32,000 nucleotides of DNA from Micrococcus luteus NCTC 2665 (GTDB taxonomy: Bacteria > Actinomycetota > Actinomycetes > Actinomycetales > Micrococcaceae): the NCBI RefSeq assembly GCF_000023205.1, contig NC_012803.1:360001-392000 (forward strand). The letters run 5' to 3'. Below are positions 1 through 8,372 of this stretch, piece after piece. Every line of letters starts with the position of its first letter. Position 1 is the stretch's first letter. A program made the translations under genes and the position numbers. The notes below the pieces were generated by a model. That model was not told where the DNA came from, made no database searches, and was given only the letters and a program-made list of their open reading frames with translations.

Positions 1-1130
1 GCGAAGTCGGAGACGGTGCCCGATCCGGTGCCGGTCTGCCCGGCCACCTGGGCGGGGCCGTGGAAGCCGGTCGGGTCCGGTGTGCGGAAGCCGGGGACGG
101 CGTCCGGGTGCTCGGCCGCGGCGGCCGCCTCGGCGCGGGCCTCCCAGATCTCGTTGAGCCGGCCGGTGAGGCGCTCGGCCAGGCGGCGCGAGTTGGCGAA
201 CACGAGCGTGGAGCGCCGCTCGGCCACCAGGTCCACGATCCGCTCCTCGACGTGCGGCCAGATGGACCCGCCCGTCACCGCGCCCTCGTCGCCGAGCCCG
301 CCCGTCGAGGAGCCGGGCCCCAGGTCGTGGGCTGCGGCGGGGGAGGAGAGGTCCGTCAGGTCCGGCACCGGCACCGTGACCGCCAGGTCCCAGCGCTTGG
401 CCGAGGCGGGCCGCACCACCGTCACCGGCTGCGTGCCGCCGAGGAACCGGGCCACCTCGGCGGCCGGCTCGACCGTGGCGGACAGGCCGATCCGCTGCAC
501 CGGCGTGTCCAGCAGGGCGTCCAGGCGCTCGAGGGAGACGGCCAGGTGGGCGCCGCGCTTGGTCCCGGCCACGGCGTGCACCTCGTCCACGATCACCGTG
601 CGGACCCCGGCCAGCGCCGCTCGGGCCTGCGAGGTGAGCATGAGGTACAGCGACTCGGGCGTGGTGATGAGGATGTCCGGCGGATCCTGCTGCAGGCGCC
701 GCCGCTCGGCCGCCGGGGTGTCCCCGGAGCGCACGCCCACCCGCACGCGCGGCACGGGCCTGCCCTGGTGCGCGGCGGTCTGCGTGATGCCCACCAGCGG
801 GGCCCGCAGGTTCCGTTCCACGTCCACGCCGAGCGCCTTCAGCGGCGAGACGTAGAGGACGCGGGTGGCCGCCGTCCCCTCGGCGGCGGGCTCGCGCACG
901 AACGAGTCGAGCGCCCAGAGGAAGGAGGAGAGGGTCTTGCCCGAGCCGGTCGGCGCGATCACCAGCGCGTGCCGCCCCGAGGAGATCGCGTCCCACGCGC
1001 CGAGCTGGGCCGGCGTCGGGGCCTCGAACGCGCCCGTGAACCAGGCGCGCGTGGGTTCGGTGAACCGGCCCAGGACGACGTCGGCCGCGGGCGTGGCCGA
1101 GCCCGCTGCGGTCTCCGCGGGCCCGCTCAT
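1..1130 (-). CDS. lhr: Lhr-type DExH-box ATP-dependent helicase, N-terminal ~376 codons (gene continues past the window start)
   Basis: My reverse-strand translation from the ATG (complement of 1128-1130) reads MSGPAETAAGSATPAADVVLGRFTEPTRAWFTGAFEAPTPAQLGAWDAISSGRHALVIAPTGSGKTLSSFL. Walker A APTGSGKT lies around 930-960 and an in-frame VIVDEVH DExH box at 576-596. It is absent from the ORF track because there is no stop inside the window. The start overlaps the rlmH stop (ATGA). Confidence 0.85.
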   Translation of the reverse strand, partial: MSGPAETAAGSATPAADVVLGRFTEPTRAWFTGAFEAPTPAQLGAWDAISSGRHALVIAPTGSGKTLSSFLWALDSFVREPAAEGTAATRVLYVSPLKALGVDVERNLRAPLVGITQTAAHQGRPVPRVRVGVRSGDTPAAERRRLQQDPPDILITTPESLYLMLTSQARAALAGVRTVIVDEVHAVAGTKRGAHLAVSLERLDALLDTPVQRIGLSATVEPAAEVARFLGGTQPVTVVRPASAKRWDLAVTVPVPDLTDLSSPAAAHDLGPGSSTGGLGDEGAVTGGSIWPHVEERIVDLVAERRSTLVFANSRRLAERLTGRLNEIWEARAEAAAAAEHPDAVPGFRTPDPTGFHGPAQVAGQTGTGSGTVSDF

Positions 1131-1585
1131 GCGTGGTGGTACGGTCGGCCGGCGGAGATCTCCTGGGCCCGGTAGACCTGCTCCGCCAGGATCAGCCGCA
1201 CGAGCTGGTGCGGGAAGACGAGCGGGGACAGGGACCAGACGCGGTCCGCGCGGGCGTGGACCCGGGTGTCCACCCCGTACGCGCCTCCGATGACCATCGT
1301 CACCGGGGCGCCGACGTCGAACCGGCCCTGCAGGTGCCGCGCCAGGCCCGGCGAGTCGAACGCCGTCCCCCGCTCGTCCAGCAGGATCAGGTGCTCGTCC
1401 GCGCCGACCGCGCCCAGGATCCGGTCCGACTCCTCGGTGCGCGCCGCCTCCTCCTGCCGCGCGGAGTGCGGCAGCAGACGCCACGAGAGGTCGTAGGGCT
1501 TCTTGAGGCGCCGCTCGTAGCGGTCGATCCCGTCGACGACCCACGCCTCATGCTTCTTGCCGATGGCCAGCACCCGAACAGACAT
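1127..1585 (-). CDS. rlmH: 23S rRNA (pseudouridine1915-N3)-methyltransferase RlmH (SPOUT family), 152 aa
   Basis: These are the last 152 aa of track ORF 1127..2914: MSVRVLAIGKKHEAWVVDGIDRYERRLKKPYDLSW...VTMVIGGAYGVD...LSPLVFPHQLVRLILAEQVYRAQEISAGRPYH, a typical RlmH length and motif set. ATG is the complement of 1583-1585. The upstream part of that 595-aa ORF is a GC-rich read-through artefact. Confidence 0.9.
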   Translation of the reverse strand: MSVRVLAIGKKHEAWVVDGIDRYERRLKKPYDLSWRLLPHSARQEEAARTEESDRILGAVGADEHLILLDERGTAFDSPGLARHLQGRFDVGAPVTMVIGGAYGVDTRVHARADRVWSLSPLVFPHQLVRLILAEQVYRAQEISAGRPYHHA

Positions 1586-1690
1586 GGCCCCATGATCGCA
1601 CCGGCGGCGGAGAGGGTACGGGGGTCGGCCCCCGCCGCTCGGTTGCGCTCGCCGGGGCGGGGTGCCTGGCTCCGCACCGGAAGGGGGCCC

Positions 1691-2758
1691 ATGACGTCGA
1701 CCGCACGGTCCGCGCGGGTGTCCCGCCGCGCCGCGCTCGGCCTCGGGGTCGGCGCCCTCGCGGTGGGCGGGGTGGCCGTCGTCGCCGACCTGGTCGGCGC
1801 GCCCGCCGGGCCGCTGGGCGCCAACTCGACGGCCCTGTACGGCATGCGCAGCTCCACCGGCCACACGTACGCGGCCCTGCCCGGGCGCGCCGGACGCATC
1901 GACGTGTACCGGCCGCCGGGCCAGGGCCCGTTCCCGGTCCTCGTGTGGAACGCGGGCTCCGGCTGGCGCAGCGATCGCGGCTACAGCGACGGCGCCGACG
2001 TCGCCCGCGGCCTGGTCCCGCACGGCTACGCCGTCGCCGCGTTCTCGGTGCGCAGCTCCAAGCAGGGCACGTTCCCCGCTCAGGTGGAGGACGCGACGGC
2101 GGCGGTCCGCTGGGTACGACGCAACGCCCCGGGCCTGCAGCTGGACGCGGGGCGGGCGGGCGGCTGGAACGCCCTCATGGCCGGCCTCACGGGCGGACAG
2201 GACCTGGACAGGGAGCGGGTGCCGCTGCCCGGCCGGGAGGTGCCCGACGGCGGCCACGCGATCCCGGAGGAGGACCGCGTCCAGGCGATCGTGGACTTCT
2301 TCGGCCCCACGGACTTCCTGACGATGAACCGCCAGATGCTCCCGGGCGCGTGCGCGGACTACAACCGCGCGAACCGGCTGAAGCACTGCCACCTCGACGA
2401 CCGCAGCACCAAGTCGGACATGCTGGGGGTGCCGGTCCTGGCCTCGGGCGGCCTGACCCGGCTGGCCTCCCCGATCGCGCACGTGCGCCCGGACTCGCCG
2501 CCCCTGCTGGTCGTCCACGGGCGCAGGGACGTCACGGTCCCGTGGGGGCAGAGCCTCGAGCTGTACCGGGCCGCCGAGGCCGCCGGACTGCGCATCGCGT
2601 TCTACTCGGTGGCCGAGGGCGGCCACGACCTGGGCATGATGACCGCGAAGACGCGCAGCGCGGAGGTGCTCCGCCACGGTGTGCCGGCCAGCGCCGTGCA
2701 CGCCACCATCTCGTGGTCCGCGGTGGCCACGTTCCTGGACGCCGTCCTGCCGCGCTGA
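1691..2758 (+). CDS. Secreted (Tat-signal) alpha/beta-hydrolase-fold esterase-like protein, 355 aa, nucleophile elbow apparently missing
   Basis: In-frame ATG at 1691 within ORF 1133..2758, preceded by GGAAGGGGG. The N-terminus MTSTARSARVSRRAALGLGVGALAV carries a twin-arginine signal. An oxyanion-type VWNAGSGW motif, a late Asp (HGRRDVTVPW) and a late His (AEGGHDLG) fit the alpha/beta hydrolase order. Confidence 0.75.
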   Translation: MTSTARSARVSRRAALGLGVGALAVGGVAVVADLVGAPAGPLGANSTALYGMRSSTGHTYAALPGRAGRIDVYRPPGQGPFPVLVWNAGSGWRSDRGYSDGADVARGLVPHGYAVAAFSVRSSKQGTFPAQVEDATAAVRWVRRNAPGLQLDAGRAGGWNALMAGLTGGQDLDRERVPLPGREVPDGGHAIPEEDRVQAIVDFFGPTDFLTMNRQMLPGACADYNRANRLKHCHLDDRSTKSDMLGVPVLASGGLTRLASPIAHVRPDSPPLLVVHGRRDVTVPWGQSLELYRAAEAAGLRIAFYSVAEGGHDLGMMTAKTRSAEVLRHGVPASAVHATISWSAVATFLDAVLPR

Positions 2759-2789
2759 GCCGGCGGCCGGACCCGTCCCGGCATGGCGA

Positions 2790-2818
2790 AAGCCCGGGAG
2801 CGCAAGGCTCCCGGGCTT
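2790..2818. terminator. GC-rich hairpin between the hydrolase gene and tRNA-Ser (12-bp stem, 5-nt loop)
   Basis: AAGCCCGGGAGC (2790-2801) pairs perfectly with GCTCCCGGGCTT (2807-2818). It lies between the convergent 3' ends. Confidence 0.5.
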
Positions 2819-2824
2819 CACATC

Positions 2825-2915
2825 TGGCGGTGACGGTGGGATTTGAACCCACGGTACGGGGTTACCGTACACAGCATTTCGAGTGCTGCACCTTCGGCCG
2901 CTCGGACACGTCACC
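2825..2915 (-). tRNA. tRNA-Ser (anticodon CGA), 91 nt with encoded CCA
   Basis: The reverse complement reads GGTGACGTGTCCGAGCGGCCGAAGGTGCAGCACTCGAAATGCTGTGTACGGTAACCCCGTACCGTGGGTTCAAATCCCACCGTCACCGCCA. It has a 7-bp acceptor stem, anticodon stem CAGCA/TGCTG with loop CTCGAAA, a long variable arm, and T-arm GTGGG TTCAAAT CCCAC. Confidence 0.93.
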
Positions 2916-2989
2916 AGACCAGGACACCCTACCCGAGCCGTGGCGGCGCGCCCAAACCGGCCGCCCGCCGTCGTCGGGCACGGGCGCGT

Positions 2990-3496
2990 TCAGTCGCGCT
3001 GTGCCGCGAAGAACCCCCGCAGCAGCGCCGCGCTCTCCTCGGAACGGACGCCGGCGCGGACCTGCACCCGGTGGTTGAAGCGGGGGTCGCGGACCACATC
3101 CAGCACCGATCCGCACGCGCCCGCCTTCGGGTCCCACGCCCCGAACACGACGCGCGGGATGCGGGCCAGCAGCAGCGCACCGGCGCACATGGGGCAGGGC
3201 TCGAGGGTCACCACGAGGGTGCAGTCCGTCAGGCGCCAGCCGTCGTGCGCCCCGGCGGCGGCCCGCAGCTCCGCCCCGCGGCGCAGCGCGAGGACCTCGG
3301 CGTGGGCGGTGGGATCGTGGTGCTGTTCGCGCTCGTTCCCGACGACGGCTAGGACGGTCCCGTCGCCGGCCACGAGTGCGGCGCCGATCGGCACGTCGCC
3401 GGCCGCCCCGGCCGCGCGGGCGGCCCGGAGGGCCAGGCCCATCCACGCGTGCTCCTGCTCGGCCGTGGGCGCGGGGGAGGGGACGGGGGCGGACAC
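2990..3496 (-). CDS. tadA: tRNA adenosine(34) deaminase TadA (CDA fold), 168 aa, GTG start
   Basis: The track ORF contains HAE ([10 protein letters not shown]) and PCxxC ([11 protein letters not shown]) zinc-ligand motifs and a C-terminal LLRGFF. The first codon is GTG (complement of 3494-3496). Confidence 0.9.
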   Translation of the reverse strand: MSAPVPSPAPTAEQEHAWMGLALRAARAAGAAGDVPIGAALVAGDGTVLAVVGNEREQHHDPTAHAEVLALRRGAELRAAAGAHDGWRLTDCTLVVTLEPCPMCAGALLLARIPRVVFGAWDPKAGACGSVLDVVRDPRFNHRVQVRAGVRSEESAALLRGFFAAQRD

Positions 3497-3579
3497 GCGG
3501 CCAGCCTAGCGGCGGTGTCGGCGCCCCCGCGGGCACGGGGACGGGCGGAGAGGCGCGCGTGGGCGGTACCGTGGGCGCC

Positions 3580-4215
3580 ATGCGCGTCCACATCGTCGAC
3601 CACCCGCTCGTGGCCCACAAGCTCAGCGTCCTGCGGGACAAGAAGACCCCGTCCATGATCTTCCGGCAGCTCACTGAGGAGCTCGTGATGCTGCTCGCCT
3701 ACGAGGCGACGCGCGACGTGGCCATGGAGGAGGTGCGGATCGAGACCCCGGTGACCGAGACCACCGGCTTCCGGCTGGCCCGCCCGCGTCCGCTGGTCGT
3801 GCCGATCCTGCGCGCGGGGCTCGGGATGCTGGAGGGGATGACCAAGATGGCGCCGTCCGCCGAGGTCGGGTTCCTCGGCATGGCCCGCAATGAGGAGACG
3901 CTGGACATCGTCACCTACGCGGAGCGGCTGCCGGCCGACCTGTCCGGGCGTCACGTGTTCGTCCTGGACCCCATGCTGGCCACGGGAGGCACGCTGATCG
4001 AGGCCATCCGCTTCCTCTACCAGCGCGGCGCGGCGCGGGTCACGTGCCTCTGCCTGCTCGGAGCGCCCGAGGGCATCGAGCGGCTGGAGGCCTCGCTGGG
4101 CGACGTCGAGGTGGACCTGTACCTGGCCGCCGTCGACGAGCGCCTGGACGAGCGGTCCTACATCGTCCCCGGCCTCGGCGACGCCGGCGACCGGCTCTAC
4201 GGCCTGGCGGAATGA
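3580..4215 (+). CDS. upp: Uracil phosphoribosyltransferase, 211 aa
   Basis: In-frame ATG at 3580 of ORF 3376..4215. The product reads [35 protein letters not shown]...[18 protein letters not shown]...[14 protein letters not shown], with the canonical Upp PRPP-binding and C-terminal motifs. Confidence 0.95.
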   Translation: MRVHIVDHPLVAHKLSVLRDKKTPSMIFRQLTEELVMLLAYEATRDVAMEEVRIETPVTETTGFRLARPRPLVVPILRAGLGMLEGMTKMAPSAEVGFLGMARNEETLDIVTYAERLPADLSGRHVFVLDPMLATGGTLIEAIRFLYQRGAARVTCLCLLGAPEGIERLEASLGDVEVDLYLAAVDERLDERSYIVPGLGDAGDRLYGLAE

Positions 4216-4240
4216 CCTGAACGGAGCTCCGCGTCCGCCA

Positions 4241-4291
4241 CGAGACGACCACGGCCCCCGCCCCCACCCGGCGGGGGCCGTGGTCGTCTCG
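4241..4291 (+). terminator. upp terminator hairpin (21-bp perfect stem, 9-nt C-rich loop)
   Basis: CGAGACGACCACGGCCCCCGC (4241-4261) is exactly complementary to GCGGGGGCCGTGGTCGTCTCG (4271-4291). It starts 26 nt after the upp stop. Confidence 0.7.
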
Positions 4292-4586
4292 TGGGAGCGT
4301 CTCCGGCGGGGACGTCAAGCGGGGCCGCCAATGTGTCGTCCATCTAGTGGACGTCACGACCCGCTGTGACCCGTCATCATGGCGTCACATGGAAAACCTG
4401 GCAGTCTCCTGCATAAATATTCCGCATACTCATTGGTCCTGCGGCGCGTCCCCACCTGTTGAACAATGAGAGAGTCACGCGGGCGAGCCGAGCGACGGCG
4501 CGACGCTATTCCGATCCGCGAATAGTGATGTTGAGCACATTCAGGACTCTTCTTCTCAAATAATGAGACAAAAGTGCGAACGTTAC

Positions 4587-4627
4587 TTGCCAGTCCCCTC
4601 GGTGAAGTCACATTCTTGTCATGTGAC
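4587..4627 (+). promoter_or_regulatory. Candidate promoter (-35 TTGCCA 4587-4592, -10 CATTCT 4611-4616) overlapped by inverted repeat GTCACAT-N7-ATGTGAC (4607-4627)
   Basis: The hexamers were read directly and have an 18-nt spacer. The perfect 7-bp inverted repeat covers the -10 and the expected transcription start, about 65 nt upstream of the regulator ATG. There is no experimental support. Confidence 0.25.
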
Positions 4628-4689
4628 GCCTCGTCCGCCGCACCGACCGAGCGGTGGAGGGGCCATGAGCCGAAAGAGGAGTGGTGGCC

Positions 4690-5478
4690 ATGGGTCAGTC
4701 CGCCGGATACGTGCACATCTCCGTCCGCAACGCGCAGCGCCGGGCCGACGGCATGTCCCGCCGAGGCCAGGCCCGCGCAGGCCTGCGCCTGGCCGGTGGC
4801 ACCGACGCCCCCGACTCCCAGACGGCGCCGACGCCGGTCCTGGCGCCGAACGGCATCCCGGGTCCCCAGGCGGTGGCCCGGGAGAACGAGGCCCGTGGGT
4901 TCGTCGTCTACGTGGGCATGGACGAGCTGGCCGCCTCGGCCGCCGGCACCTCCCTCACGCGGCTGGCCAATGAGCTGCGCCACTACGTGGAGTCCCTCGT
5001 CCCCGGGGCGGAGTCGCACGCCGCCGTCGCCCTGGCCCCCGCCGGCGCGGAGGGCCGCGACCTCGAGGTCGTGCGCCAGGTGCTCGGCGACCCGACCGTG
5101 CAGGGCGGTGCCCGTCCCGACCTGGCGCAGGCGCCGGCCCCCGTGTCCACGCGCCAGCCCGGTGTGCTGATCGATCTGTCCCGGCGCGAGGTGCAGCTGG
5201 ACGGTGAGTCGCTGAACCTCACCTTCAAGGAGTTCGAGCTCCTGAACTACCTCGTGGAGAACGGCGAGCGCACCGTCGGCCGCGAGGAGCTGCTCGACGC
5301 CCTGTGGCGCAACGCCGACGAGGTGCCCAACGAGCGCACCATCGACGTGCACATCCGCCGACTGCGCGCCAAGCTCGGCCGCCTCGCGAACACCGTGCGC
5401 ACCGTGCGCGGCCAGGGCTACCGCTTCTACCGCCACCCCGAGGTGGTCGTGTGGGCGGCGCCGGAGTACAGCATCTGA
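4690..5478 (+). CDS. Orphan OmpR/PhoB-type winged-helix DNA-binding protein without a recognisable receiver domain, 262 aa
   Basis: ATG at 4690 lies 8 nt after GAGGAG (the track ORF begins at GTG 4681). The C-terminal VLIDLSRREVQLDGESLNLTFKEFELLNYLVENGERTVGREELLDALW...RTIDVHIRRLRAKLG...VRTVRGQGYRF is a classic trans_reg_C wHTH. The N-terminal ~160 aa are Ala/Pro/Gly-rich and unassignable. Confidence 0.8.
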   Translation: MGQSAGYVHISVRNAQRRADGMSRRGQARAGLRLAGGTDAPDSQTAPTPVLAPNGIPGPQAVARENEARGFVVYVGMDELAASAAGTSLTRLANELRHYVESLVPGAESHAAVALAPAGAEGRDLEVVRQVLGDPTVQGGARPDLAQAPAPVSTRQPGVLIDLSRREVQLDGESLNLTFKEFELLNYLVENGERTVGREELLDALWRNADEVPNERTIDVHIRRLRAKLGRLANTVRTVRGQGYRFYRHPEVVVWAAPEYSI

Positions 5479-5500
5479 CCCGCGCCCGCCCGTGTCCGAC

Positions 5501-5532
5501 GACGGCCCCCGCTCACCCGAGCGGGGGCCGTC
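5501..5532 (+). terminator. Hairpin after the wHTH gene (14-bp stem, 4-nt loop)
   Basis: GACGGCCCCCGCTC (5501-5514) pairs with GAGCGGGGGCCGTC (5519-5532). It starts 23 nt after the stop at 5478. Confidence 0.6.
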
Positions 5533-5548
5533 GCCGTAGCCTGGCCGC

Positions 5549-6073
5549 ATGAGCACCGCCGACGCGAAGACCCTGATCGTCCTCCGGCACGCCAAGGCCG
5601 GCTGGCCCGACGCGGCCGACGACCATGCCCGCCCGCTCGCCGAGCGAGGCCACGCCCAGGCGCCCGCCGCCGGCGACTGGCTCCGCGAGCACGACCTCGT
5701 CCCGGGCGCCGTCGTGTGCTCCGATGCGCTGCGCACCCGTCAGACGTGCGTGTGGGTGTGCGAGCGCCTGGGCGAGCTGGCACCCACGCCCTACCTGGAC
5801 CCGCGGCTCTACGGCGCCGACGCGGCGCGGGCCCTGGCCGTCGTCAACGAGACGGAGGAGACCACGCGACGGCTGCTGGTGGTGGGCCACATGCCGTGGG
5901 TGCAGGAGCTGGGCATGCGGCTGATGAGCCTGGACTCGGACCAGGACGCGGCGCTGCGCATGAGCGAGCACTACCCGACGCTCGGGATGCAGGTGTTCCG
6001 GGTGGAGAAGCCGTGGGCCGAGCTCGACGGCCGCGACGCCGCCCTGACGCACTTCGTGGTTCCGGGGCGCTGA
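5549..6073 (+). CDS. Histidine phosphatase superfamily protein, SixA-like phosphohistidine phosphatase, 174 aa
   Basis: The N-terminal LIVLRHAKAGW carries the RHA catalytic motif. ERGHAQA and a downstream VVGHMPW His motif are also present. Size is typical of SixA-type proteins. Confidence 0.8.
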   Translation: MSTADAKTLIVLRHAKAGWPDAADDHARPLAERGHAQAPAAGDWLREHDLVPGAVVCSDALRTRQTCVWVCERLGELAPTPYLDPRLYGADAARALAVVNETEETTRRLLVVGHMPWVQELGMRLMSLDSDQDAALRMSEHYPTLGMQVFRVEKPWAELDGRDAALTHFVVPGR

Positions 6074-6114
6074 CCTCCGCGGCGGCGCGCGTGGCAGAGG
6101 CGCGCCGACATGAC

Positions 6115-6146
6115 GAAGGCCCCGCTCCAGCAGGAGCGGGGCCTTC
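6115..6146. terminator. Hairpin between the SixA-like gene and tRNA-Arg (14-bp stem, 4-nt loop)
   Basis: GAAGGCCCCGCTCC (6115-6128) pairs with GGAGCGGGGCCTTC (6133-6146). It lies between convergent 3' ends. Confidence 0.6.
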
Positions 6147-6152
6147 CGGTCG

Positions 6153-6226
<74 letters not shown>

Positions 6227-6470
6227 ATCATCCGATCCGCCGGAGCGGCTCGAACTCGTAGAACACTACAGGACCTCTCCGGCGAAGTGCAAATCGACGC
6301 TCTGCGTCGGCCTGTGTCGGGGGCGTGGCGGGGACGCGGCCATGATAGCCGAGCTCGGGTACCATGGCAGGACCGTGTGGCCACAACGATGTGGTGCGCG
6401 CTTCGGCGGTGCACGTATCGGAGTGGACGGGACGGAACGGCCCCGGACCCCAATGGGAGGACTCTCCACC

Positions 6471-8315
6471 ATGGCTGACAACGCCACCACCTCGTTCGCG
6501 GATCGCGCCCTGGCGGACGCGCCCACGGACTACGCCCAGCTGCGCGAGTGGGTTGCTCAGATCGCAGAGCTGACGCAGCCGGACTCCGTGCAGTGGGTCG
6601 ACGGCTCCGAGGAGGAGCGCGACCGCCTCGCGGACGAGCTTGTGGCGGCGGGCACCCTGACCCGCCTGGCCGAGGACAAGTTCCCCCACTCCTTCGCCGC
6701 GTTCTCCGATCCCGCCGACGTCGCCCGCGTGGAGGACCGCACCTTCATCTGCTCCGAGAAGGAGGAGGACGCCGGCTTCACCAACAACTGGATGGACCCG
6801 GCGAAGATGCACGGCATCCTCGACGACGCGTTCTCCGGCGCCATGCGCGGCCGCACCATGTACGTGATCCCGTTCGTGATGGGCCACCTCGACGCCGAGG
6901 ACCCGAAGTACGGCGTGGAGATCACCGACTCCGCCTACGTGGTCCTGTCGATGCGCATCATGGCCCGCATCGGCCAGGACGTGCTGGACAAGATGTCCCG
7001 CGAGCAGGCCTTCTACGTGCCGGCCGTGCACTCCGTGGGAGCCCCGCTGGAGCCGGGCGAACAGGACGTGCCGTGGCCGTGCAACGAGACCAAGTGGATC
7101 GTGCACTTCCCCGAGGAGCGCTCCATCTGGTCCTTCGGCTCCGGCTACGGCGGCAACGCCCTGCTCGGCAAGAAGTGCTACGCGCTGCGCATCGCCTCCG
7201 TGATGGCCCGGGACGAGGCCTGGCTCGCCGAGCACATGCTGATCCTCAAGCTGACCAACCCCGAGGGCCGGTCCTACCACATCACCGGCGCCTTCCCGTC
7301 GGCCTGCGGCAAGACCAACCTCGCCCTCATCGACCCCACCATCGAGGGCTGGAAGGCCGAGACCCTGGGCGACGACATCACCTGGATCCGCGCCGGCAAG
7401 GACGGTGAGTTCCGCGTGATCAACCCGGAGACCGGCTACTTCGGCGTCGCCCCCGGCACCGGCTGGTCCACCAACCCGAACGCCATGCGCGCGATCTCCA
7501 AGGGCAACTCCATCTTCACCAACGTCGCCCTCACCGACGACGGCGGCGTGTGGTGGGAGGGCATGACGGACGAGGTCCCCGAGCACCTCACCGACTGGCG
7601 CGGCAACGACTGGACGCCCGAGTCCGGCCGCCCGGCCGCCCACCCCAACTCCCGGTTCTGCACGCCCATCGAGCAGACGGACATGCTGGCCGACGAGTAC
7701 CGCGACCCGCGGGGCGTGAAGCTGGACGCCATCCTGTTCGGCGGCCGCCGCAAGACCACCGTGCCGCTGGTGACCGAGGCCTTCGACTGGGAGGACGGCA
7801 TCCTCAAGGGCGCCACCCTCTCCTCGGAGACCACCGCGGCCGCCGCCGGCGCCGTGGGCGTCGTGCGCCGCGACCCGATGGCCATGCTGCCGTTCCTCGG
7901 CTACGACGCCGGCGACTACCTGGCCCACTGGGTCAGGGAGTCCGGCAAGGCCGACCCGGAGAAGCTGCCGCGCATCTACCTGGTCAACTGGTTCCGCCGC
8001 AACCGTGACGGCGGCTTCGCCTGGCCCGGCTTCGGCGAGAACTCCCGCGTCCTGAAGTGGGTCGTGGAGCGCCTCGAGGGCAAGGCCGACGCCGTGGAGA
8101 CCCCGATCGGCTTCACCCCCACCCCCGAGTCCCTCGACCTGACCGGCCTGGACGTGTCCGACGCGGACCTCGAGGACGCCCTCAAGGTGGACCGTGAGGA
8201 GTGGGCCGAGGAGAACGAGCTCATCGAGCAGTGGCTCGGCCGGTTCGGCGAGTCCCTGCCCCAGGCCATCCGCGATCGCTTCGAGGCGCAGAAGGCGCGG
8301 TTCGCCCAGGCCTGA
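6471..8315 (+). CDS. pckG: Phosphoenolpyruvate carboxykinase (GTP), 614 aa
   Basis: In-frame ATG at 6471 of ORF 6219..8315, with GGGAGGA 10 nt upstream. The product reads [14 protein letters not shown]...WMDPAKM...[11 protein letters not shown] (kinase-1a P-loop)...NSRFCTP...YLVNWFRR, matching GTP-PEPCK signatures. Confidence 0.95.
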   Translation: MADNATTSFADRALADAPTDYAQLREWVAQIAELTQPDSVQWVDGSEEERDRLADELVAAGTLTRLAEDKFPHSFAAFSDPADVARVEDRTFICSEKEEDAGFTNNWMDPAKMHGILDDAFSGAMRGRTMYVIPFVMGHLDAEDPKYGVEITDSAYVVLSMRIMARIGQDVLDKMSREQAFYVPAVHSVGAPLEPGEQDVPWPCNETKWIVHFPEERSIWSFGSGYGGNALLGKKCYALRIASVMARDEAWLAEHMLILKLTNPEGRSYHITGAFPSACGKTNLALIDPTIEGWKAETLGDDITWIRAGKDGEFRVINPETGYFGVAPGTGWSTNPNAMRAISKGNSIFTNVALTDDGGVWWEGMTDEVPEHLTDWRGNDWTPESGRPAAHPNSRFCTPIEQTDMLADEYRDPRGVKLDAILFGGRRKTTVPLVTEAFDWEDGILKGATLSSETTAAAAGAVGVVRRDPMAMLPFLGYDAGDYLAHWVRESGKADPEKLPRIYLVNWFRRNRDGGFAWPGFGENSRVLKWVVERLEGKADAVETPIGFTPTPESLDLTGLDVSDADLEDALKVDREEWAEENELIEQWLGRFGESLPQAIRDRFEAQKARFAQA

Positions 8316-8330
8316 CCGGCCCGGCCGACC

Positions 8331-8372
8331 ACGACGGCCCCCCACCTCCGCGCTGAGGTGGGGGGCCGTCGT
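8331..8372 (+). terminator. pckG terminator hairpin (18-bp perfect stem, 6-nt loop)
   Basis: ACGACGGCCCCCCACCTC (8331-8348) pairs with GAGGTGGGGGGCCGTCGT (8355-8372). It starts 16 nt after the stop. Confidence 0.7.

Noticed and set aside
1979-1993. The GYSDG pentapeptide (aa 97-101) as the catalytic G-x-S-x-G of the hydrolase.
   Set aside because: It lies only a few residues after the oxyanion-type motif, not after the strand where the nucleophile elbow belongs. It is kept only as an alternative in the corresponding finding.
1586-2914. The upstream 443 aa of the 595-aa minus-strand ORF 1127..2914, which would extend rlmH across the hydrolase gene and the tRNA.
   Set aside because: Only the last 152 aa match RlmH. 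The rest is antisense to a well-supported hydrolase gene and even runs through tRNA-Ser.
4241-4291. The C-rich loop (CCCCACCCG) on a long stem after upp resembled the C-rich loops of the actinobacterial 6C RNA.
   Set aside because: There is only one hairpin, it lies directly after a stop codon, and it belongs to the same sequence family as the other terminators here. A terminator is the simpler reading.
6376-6385. The 10-bp palindrome TGTGGCCACA upstream of pckG, considered as a CRP/GlxR-like site.
   Set aside because: The spacing does not fit TGTGA-N6-TCACA, and a single short GC-rich palindrome is expected by chance in this composition.
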